From NCBI GenBank assembly GCA_029858035.1, contig JAOUFU010000001.1, forward strand, positions 1 through 41,106: a stretch of DNA of 41,106 nucleotides, in the 5' to 3' direction. The DNA is from Phycisphaerae bacterium. Its GTDB lineage: Bacteria; Planctomycetota; Phycisphaerae; Sedimentisphaerales; Anaerobacaceae. Shown piece after piece: positions 35,390-41,106 of the stretch. The translations under genes and the position numbers were made by a program. The notes below the pieces were generated by a model that made no database searches, was not told the DNA's origin, and saw nothing but the letters and a program-made list of their open reading frames with translations. Each line of letters begins with the position of its first letter. The first letter of the stretch is position 1.

Positions 35390-37570
35390 TTAGAACAATC
35401 CCGGCTGGTAGCAAAACCTGACTTGGTGGTGGCCGGGCGCGAGCCGAACCGACTTGAAAGTCCCAAAAAGAAGTTCTATATCTGCTTCTTTCTCGTCTAC
35501 GAAAACCTTCCAGCCCCGATCCCAGTTATCGATAAAACTCAGGTAGCCCTCGATGGGTGCGTTGATTTCCCATATAAGCTCATCACCGGTATAGGACAAC
35601 AGTTTGCCGGGACGCTGGTAGCGGGCCGTATCGAGAAGAAAGGCCCCAACAGTGGAATGCTTTATGGATTCTGAAAAGAAAATCCTTCTCGCTTCCTGTA
35701 TGCCCAAAAATGCCCTTCTTGCCTCCAATTCATCCTCGGTTTCTTTGAGGAATTTGTTATATCTGCCAAAATACCAATTCGGCAAGACGCCGACACTAAA
35801 GTTTGGAAGGGCTATCGTGTCGTTGCGGTCAGTTCGGCGAAGATTAAACGAAGCTTCATTCACCTTTACAACATCGAAGGTGTTTCGTTCCCTATCTACT
35901 TGTCTTTGGTATGTCCACACGCGGGCGCCAACATGCCGCATCTCAACAGTCGCAACCAGCACGAGGACAGCAACCACAGTTGAAAGTGCCCTGTTGGATT
36001 TGAAGCTGACCCGTTTGCTGAGAAGCACAATTGAAAGAAATGCAGCGAACGCTACAGCGCCGTAAACAATGAATTGTATACTTTGTGGCGACAAGTGCTT
36101 GAAATATATGGTCCAGAGCCTGTCGTGAATATTATTATGGTAAAAGTAGATTTGAACACAAAGAATACATGTGTAGACCACTGCAAGCACAGCAATCGGG
36201 GCGTGTAAATATGAACGCTCCTTGAGGACAGGGGTCTTTTTGATGGAGAGTGATGATTCAAACGAAGCATAGGAAATCGACAGCAGCCAGGCAAGAATCG
36301 GGACCAGAATGATATTTAACCTCCCCCAGACGCGGAGACTGGAAAACCCGGGCATATAGTTCCAAAGCAGCCTGAACAGATACGAGTGTCGCCCATAGCT
36401 AATGTAGGTGATAATACAAATCCAGATGATAAAAAACAGTTTGATCCGGAGGTCGCCGGGGTGCTGCGGTGTCACCGTCTCTTTTCCGCCGTTTCTTCCT
36501 TCACTCTCAGGATTAACCTTACTCCGGGTAAGCATATATAGCAGGATTACCAAAAGCCCGGCAATGCTAAAGAAATACCACCCTTCTATTGATGCTGCAG
36601 GTGGATACACAAGGGAGCCTAATGTGTCCTCGAAATTGAACACATGGGCTGTGGAATATCCAAAATCTTTTCCGGCACGGTCTATGGTTTCCGCCATCAG
36701 GCGTTTAATACCGATGACATACGGGGCACAGATAACCAGAGCTGCACCGCCCGCCAATATGAAAGTTGCGAACGCGCGCCTCCGGTTTATTGTGTAAGGT
36801 CCAAACAAAGGCTCACGAAGAGGCTTGGCTAAAAATGCCAGCAGGTAAGGTATAAATAGAAAGATGCCGTAGTAGACATAATAGGGGTAGCCGCCCGTAA
36901 ACAGGCATATCAGGAAGAACGCCAGCAGGACCCCGCTGACCAAGGTGTTTTTCAGCGACTTGCTCAGTAAAATTCTGGTCAACGCATAGAGAATCCAGGG
37001 ATACCAGGCCGCCGTGTGGACGGCGTTGGGGAATCGTATAATTTCAGTGACCTTGAAGCTCACCGACATTATGAGCACGCTGAAAACAACAGCCCTCAGG
37101 TTGCTGTTTATCAGCCGTAGCCACATGAAGAGACCAAGGCCGAATATCGAAATGCCGAGAACAGTAAAAACCTGGTAGTCCAGAGGATTATACCCGCCTA
37201 AGATTTTGTACCAGAGGACCAGTAAGAGATTGAGCGGATAGAAGGCCTGGGTGAATGGATTGGTATAAAATGGATACCCTGCGCCTTCAGCCGGCGACCA
37301 GAGGGGGAAATGAAAGTCAGAAAGACAGGCTAACAGATACACTTTATATTTATAGTACAGAAGAATAAAATCGTTACCTATGGCGGTATATTGGCCGTTT
37401 ATGGCCAGAACATGGCGATAAAGATAAAGAAAAGGCCAGCAGAACACGGCTAAGGGCAGAATAAATCTTGACCAAAGGTGCCGGGATTGCCGTAAGGGGG
37501 ATACTTTATCCTTAGCAGCAGACGCTGCTTTGCGTCGTATTCGGCGTTTGATTGGCTTTTTTGAGATCAC
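35390..37570 (-). CDS. Large polytopic membrane protein, YfhO-like (GT-C type glycosyltransferase candidate)
   Basis: 726 aa with at least 12 hydrophobic spans, then a soluble C-terminal domain. The N-terminal FPLWSPAEGAGYPFYTNPFTQAFYPLNLL resembles the YfhO-family signature. It is adjacent to a GT2 gene on the same strand. Confidence 0.5.
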   Translation of the reverse strand: MISKKPIKRRIRRKAASAAKDKVSPLRQSRHLWSRFILPLAVFCWPFLYLYRHVLAINGQYTAIGNDFILLYYKYKVYLLACLSDFHFPLWSPAEGAGYPFYTNPFTQAFYPLNLLLVLWYKILGGYNPLDYQVFTVLGISIFGLGLFMWLRLINSNLRAVVFSVLIMSVSFKVTEIIRFPNAVHTAAWYPWILYALTRILLSKSLKNTLVSGVLLAFFLICLFTGGYPYYVYYGIFLFIPYLLAFLAKPLREPLFGPYTINRRRAFATFILAGGAALVICAPYVIGIKRLMAETIDRAGKDFGYSTAHVFNFEDTLGSLVYPPAASIEGWYFFSIAGLLVILLYMLTRSKVNPESEGRNGGKETVTPQHPGDLRIKLFFIIWICIITYISYGRHSYLFRLLWNYMPGFSSLRVWGRLNIILVPILAWLLSISYASFESSLSIKKTPVLKERSYLHAPIAVLAVVYTCILCVQIYFYHNNIHDRLWTIYFKHLSPQSIQFIVYGAVAFAAFLSIVLLSKRVSFKSNRALSTVVAVLVLVATVEMRHVGARVWTYQRQVDRERNTFDVVKVNEASFNLRRTDRNDTIALPNFSVGVLPNWYFGRYNKFLKETEDELEARRAFLGIQEARRIFFSESIKHSTVGAFLLDTARYQRPGKLLSYTGDELIWEINAPIEGYLSFIDNWDRGWKVFVDEKEADIELLFGTFKSVRLAPGHHQVRFCYQPGLF

Positions 37571-37575
37571 TCTGT

Positions 37576-39135
37576 TCAGCCCTTCGGCAAAGCGGGGTCA
37601 CTGAGTTTTTGTTTCTTGGCTTCGTGCGCATCTTTCAGAAGGTGCTCCAGGGTCGGTAGAGGCTTGGCGACTATGGCAATCTGGTACGAAAACAAACTTT
37701 TGGAGAGGAAGATAAGAAGACGATTTATCTGTAGAAGAAACCGCGCCAGCCGGCCGTCACCTATGGCCAGCGGAAAAGGTGCTGGTATGCCTTTTTTCGA
37801 GATGAGCTCATACCCGCATAACTCCAATGTCCGACGAAGCGTTGAAAACGTGAACAAACGACTGTGGTCCATGTCCAATATCCCGCGACGACCATAGTTG
37901 AAGCTGCCGAAAAACAAACCGGAACGGATGACAAAGAAGCCTATGTTGCCCGTGGTAATAATAAACTCCGGAGATGACCGGCTGTAACGTTCTCGCAGAA
38001 CGCGCAGAAATCGCTCTGGAGATTTCAGATGCTCTATAATGTCCAATAATAAAATATAATCCACATCGCCGAAATCATCGGAAAAATCGTATTGTTCCAG
38101 GTCTGCTTCCAGCCATTTCAAGGAGGTTTGCCGCGTCTTTTCTGAAACCTGCTTATCTATAGAGATGGTCTTTACGTTCTTGGCACCAAGATGCTCTGCC
38201 ATTAAGCCGGACCCACAACCGACATCCAACACTTTCGCACCGGGAGCTACTCGATCCAGCGCAAACTGGTGAGAGCTGAGATATCCCAATTTCGTCTGAT
38301 AAGTAGAGCTTGAGGTAAGTTGGTAATCAAACTTCGGATGATAGTAAATTCCAAGCCTCATTATTCTGGATAAAATGCATGAGCCAATGATGCGTATCGC
38401 GTATTTTATGCCGTTGACGCGGCAAATCTCATTGCCATAGAAAGTTGGAATGGGGATTTCTTTAATGCGTTTTTTCGTGTCTAACAACTGGACAATGATA
38501 TCGGTGTCAAAGTCGAAGTAGTTGGAGTTGTGCTCAAATGGAATTGATGCGAGGGTTTTTGTGTTATAGGCCCTGTAACCGCTGTGGAATTCAGACAGGT
38601 GGGATTTTAGGATGCTGTTCTGGATACCGGTAATCAGTTGGTTACCTATCCACTTATACAGTGGCATTCGACCTTTCAGTGCGTCCAGCCGGCGAATCAT
38701 TCGGGAGCCGAAAACGGCATCGGCTTCCTCATCAAGAATTGGCTGTATCATCTGGCCAAGGTACTCGGGCGCATATTGGCCGTCTCCGTGTAGAAGGACA
38801 ACGGCGTCAAAACCTTTCCTGAGGGCGTAGAAATAGCCGATTTTCTGATTGCCTCCGTAGCCCTGGTTTTTTGGATTATACAAAACGTTAATTTTGATTT
38901 CCGGTCGACGCCGGGCGTAATCCTCGGCTGCATAAAAGGTTCGGTCCGGTGATTGGTCGTCAATGACGAGAATCTCGGTGGAAAAATCCTTGTTTTTGAG
39001 TATGTCGTTTGGGATACGGTCAAGAACCGACTCAATCCATTTTTCAGCGTTATAGCAAACGACAAATATTAGGACCTTCTTCTTGTTATCTGAAGCTCCA
39101 GGAGATTCACTTTTGTTTACGCTCGTTTCTTGCAT
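37576..39135 (-). CDS. Family-2 glycosyltransferase (GtrB/CsbB/DPM1-like) fused to a class I SAM-dependent methyltransferase domain
   Basis: GT2 motifs: VLIFVVCYNAEKWI, LVIDDQSPDRT and VLLHGDGQYAPE. The methyltransferase motif I is KVLDVGCGSGLMAEHLG, with DYILLLDIIEHL as motif II-like. ATG 39135 is preferred; the ORF track starts at TTG 39183. Confidence 0.75.
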   Translation of the reverse strand: MQETSVNKSESPGASDNKKKVLIFVVCYNAEKWIESVLDRIPNDILKNKDFSTEILVIDDQSPDRTFYAAEDYARRRPEIKINVLYNPKNQGYGGNQKIGYFYALRKGFDAVVLLHGDGQYAPEYLGQMIQPILDEEADAVFGSRMIRRLDALKGRMPLYKWIGNQLITGIQNSILKSHLSEFHSGYRAYNTKTLASIPFEHNSNYFDFDTDIIVQLLDTKKRIKEIPIPTFYGNEICRVNGIKYAIRIIGSCILSRIMRLGIYYHPKFDYQLTSSSTYQTKLGYLSSHQFALDRVAPGAKVLDVGCGSGLMAEHLGAKNVKTISIDKQVSEKTRQTSLKWLEADLEQYDFSDDFGDVDYILLLDIIEHLKSPERFLRVLRERYSRSSPEFIITTGNIGFFVIRSGLFFGSFNYGRRGILDMDHSRLFTFSTLRRTLELCGYELISKKGIPAPFPLAIGDGRLARFLLQINRLLIFLSKSLFSYQIAIVAKPLPTLEHLLKDAHEAKKQKLSDPALPKG

Positions 39136-39447
39136 AGTGGACGTCCGGCGACGCGAGTCGCGATATCTTTCACGGCTTGTCAAATGTTACAGCTTTTTTA
39201 CAACGTCGAATTCAGATATAGCTGCCCAGCCTTGAAAAACTTGATATCCCCTTTTTATCAGAGCACGGCCATTTAGTCAAGCTTTTATGGCTGTTCGAGA
39301 GTTTCGACGGTTCAGGTTAATGTCACGACAACACCGGGGACGCTTTATCGTGTTAGGTGGTGTCCCCATTTTGCCTGCGCCTGAAGCTGCGCGCGCACAG
39401 GTACGATTTTTTACGAGTTGCGGAGCCGGGCGAACTCCGTAGTTAAA

Positions 39448-39465
39448 TTGCAAAAATTTTTGCAA
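39448..39465. promoter_or_regulatory. Perfect 18-bp palindrome, TTGCAAAAATTTTTGCAA (operator candidate)
   Basis: Exact inverted repeat in the 487-bp divergent intergenic region. It lies 16 nt upstream of a TTGACA hexamer (39482-39487) and about 160 nt upstream of ATG 39623. Confidence 0.4.
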
Positions 39466-39622
39466 AATTTGGAGTATTTTATTGACAAGTGTCGATAATG
39501 GTATAGAAAATAATGACTGCTTGGATAGTAACAGGCAGGCGCTTTGAAGTTTTTTCGGGATCCATTTTGTTCGTCCTTAGTTTGCTAACGGCGGAAAATG
39601 GGAACCTGCCAAGGATGGGACA

Positions 39623-40162
39623 ATGTCGAATCAGCCAAGGGTGGCGAAGGTTTTGGCAGCGCTGCTGGTTTCAATGACGGCCGGGGCAATTATCTTAATG
39701 GCCTTGGGAGATAATCCTCCTTCCGCGGGAGTGTTTTCCCTTTCTTCGCTTATACCTGTCGAAAAGGCTATTCGCTCTCGAACCTTTCAGTCCCACGGAC
39801 GCTGGGATCGCATCGAGGTCTATTATAGCGGCACCAAGGCCGGTAATATTGAGCAGTTAGCCTCGTTGGGCGGCTTGGCAAGTGCCGAGGATATCAACTG
39901 CCACTTTGTCGTCTGTAACGGTCTCGGCGGTGGCGACGGCCAGATACAGTCGACCGAGAAATGGCAAAATCAGTGGTCGATAATACCGGGCCGAACCTGG
40001 TACGGCAGCGGTCAGACTATCCGCATCTGTGTTATAGCTGACGGTAAAAGCGATCGCCCGACTGATTCCCAGAGACAAATGACGCATGTACTCATAGATG
40101 AGTTGAGCAGAAAGTTTGGAATTCGGCCCGAATTTGTCTACTATCCCGGCGATTGGCGGTAG
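39623..40162 (+). CDS. Membrane-anchored Amidase_2/PGRP-like domain protein
   Basis: 179 aa with an N-terminal TM anchor (VLAALLVSMTAGAIILMAL). It continues WDRIEVYYSG...CHFVVCNGLGGGDGQIQSTEKWQNQ...IRICVIADGKSDRPTDSQRQMTHVLIDELSRKFGI, the layout of N-acetylmuramoyl-L-alanine amidase (Amidase_2) domains. Catalytic competence was not verified. Confidence 0.5.
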   Translation: MSNQPRVAKVLAALLVSMTAGAIILMALGDNPPSAGVFSLSSLIPVEKAIRSRTFQSHGRWDRIEVYYSGTKAGNIEQLASLGGLASAEDINCHFVVCNGLGGGDGQIQSTEKWQNQWSIIPGRTWYGSGQTIRICVIADGKSDRPTDSQRQMTHVLIDELSRKFGIRPEFVYYPGDWR

Positions 40163-40222
40163 CAAGGCCGCATAATCAACCCGCTTGGTAGGATTCTCTC
40201 TGAACTTGGCTTTCCATATGGA

Positions 40223-40257
40223 AACAGGATGTGAATACGACGGATTCACATCCTGTT
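40223..40257. terminator. Perfect 14-bp stem-loop between convergent genes (bidirectional terminator candidate)
   Basis: AACAGGATGTGAAT-acgacgg-ATTCACATCCTGTT. It lies 60 nt after the plus-strand stop (40162) and 49 nt after the minus-strand stop (40306). ACTTTAC follows on the plus strand. Confidence 0.6.
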
Positions 40258-40305
40258 ACTTTACGATGTGATTGTTTTTGTTTCTGTCGCGTTTTATTGA
40301 TAGTC

Positions 40306-41106
40306 TTATAACTGGCTTTTTGCCTTTCTTTTCTTGTCTGTTCTGTTTTGCGTGGCCTTTTGCTTTGTGGGTGTCTTGTTGGTTTTCTTCACCGGGTCGA
40401 TCTTTGCCGGCGGACGGTTGTCCGGCTTAGTCAGCGAAATGCCATCAAGCGGCGGCTCAACCTTTTTCAAATCCAGTCCGAAGGCCTCAAGAATAGTGGG
40501 GGCTACGTCCTGCCTCCGGCCGTCGCGATTGACCTTCTTGTTGTTCGTGGCCAGGAAAACGTAGGGCGCAAAGCTGTGCCCTTTTCCGTCCTCATTGAAA
40601 CCGTGATCGGCCGTAATGTAGTACTGGGTCTTGTCGGCCAGTCCTAATTCTTTGACTTTGTCCATGATTTTGCCGGTCCAGGTGTCGTTGGAGATTAAGG
40701 CGTCGTTGTATTCCTTGGAGTTCTCCCCTTGCTTGTGGCCCTTATGGTCCACTTCGGCGAAGTGCACAAAGAAGAAGAATGGCTTGTCCTTGTGTTTCTC
40801 AATCAATTCGATTGCTCGGGTGCCGACTTTTTCATCAAGTGCCAGGCCGTTCTCGAACAGGTCTGTGTTCTGGCTCATATTGTAGTGCGGTTTACCTGGA
40901 ACTAAGCGGTACTTGACGCCGTTTTCCTCGATGATTTTGCCCTCGAGCTTTTTCTTGGCGGCTTGCTTTTTAGCTGCTTTTGGTTTTGCAGCTTCGGTCT
41001 CAGCAGCTTGTTTTTTCTTGGCTCTTGGCTTCTTGACCTTGGGTTGTTCGGCCTCTTCCTTGACCTTAATCTTCTGTGGCGGGTCCGCGTCCACATGGCC
41101 CTTCTT
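40306..41106 (-). CDS. Alkaline-phosphatase-superfamily enzyme (type I phosphodiesterase/nucleotide pyrophosphatase-like) with Lys/Ala-rich insert and tail; N-terminus off window
   Basis: PFFFFVHFAEVDHKGHKQGENSKEYNDAL...QYYITADHGFNEDGKGH follows the metal-ligand D-H...H and DHG layout of the AP superfamily. The frame stays open upstream of the GTG at 41094 to the window end (...KKGHVDADPPQ), so the gene is partial. Confidence 0.65.
   Translation of the reverse strand, partial: KKGHVDADPPQKIKVKEEAEQPKVKKPRAKKKQAAETEAAKPKAAKKQAAKKKLEGKIIEENGVKYRLVPGKPHYNMSQNTDLFENGLALDEKVGTRAIELIEKHKDKPFFFFVHFAEVDHKGHKQGENSKEYNDALISNDTWTGKIMDKVKELGLADKTQYYITADHGFNEDGKGHSFAPYVFLATNNKKVNRDGRRQDVAPTILEAFGLDLKKVEPPLDGISLTKPDNRPPAKIDPVKKTNKTPTKQKATQNRTDKKRKAKSQL

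Noticed and set aside
39277-39465. 62-aa ORF on the minus strand in the intergenic region.
   Set aside because: It has an Arg/Pro/Ala-rich low-complexity translation, no RBS, and overlaps the palindrome and GC-rich stems. It is more likely regulatory DNA.

Overview
41.1-kb bacterial chromosomal window of moderate GC (about 45-50% by eye). I count about 38 credible CDS and see no rRNA, tRNA, CRISPR array, transposase or integrase. All family assignments come from reading motifs in the translations; no database search was possible. Most of the window is housekeeping or envelope genes: a ParA-like ATPase fused to a CBM48-like domain (truncated at the left edge), Hsp20, a giant BadF/BcrA-type activase fusion, a ribokinase-like kinase, a clan GH-A glycosidase, DUF523, an SPL-family radical SAM enzyme, DUF503, purF-purM plus a degenerate purF paralog, a parvulin PPIase, nagB, a DUF4954-like protein, a YfhO-like membrane protein with a GT2-methyltransferase fusion, an Amidase_2-like protein, and an alkaline-phosphatase-superfamily enzyme truncated at the right edge. 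The outstanding feature is an 11.7-kb block of 14 same-strand, tightly packed genes (10723-22419). It encodes a phage-type portal, scaffold, HK97-fold major capsid protein, a beta-helix tailspike-like protein, FN3-like proteins and several unknowns. The block has no recognisable terminase, prohead protease, integrase, repressor, replication, tape-measure, sheath/tube or endolysin gene, and cellular genes flank it directly on both sides. All 14 ORFs are intact. I read it as a candidate domesticated particle system (GTA-like or otherwise helper-dependent) rather than an ordinary prophage, but a recently truncated prophage cannot be excluded from sequence alone. Secondary points of interest are a PurF paralog whose glutaminase active site is degenerate at four positions, the ParA-CBM48 fusion, an unusually long (about 860 bp) non-coding divergent region, and a Cys-rich mini-ORF missing from the ORF track. 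Gene content is compatible with an anaerobic PVC/Planctomycetota-like organism, at low confidence.
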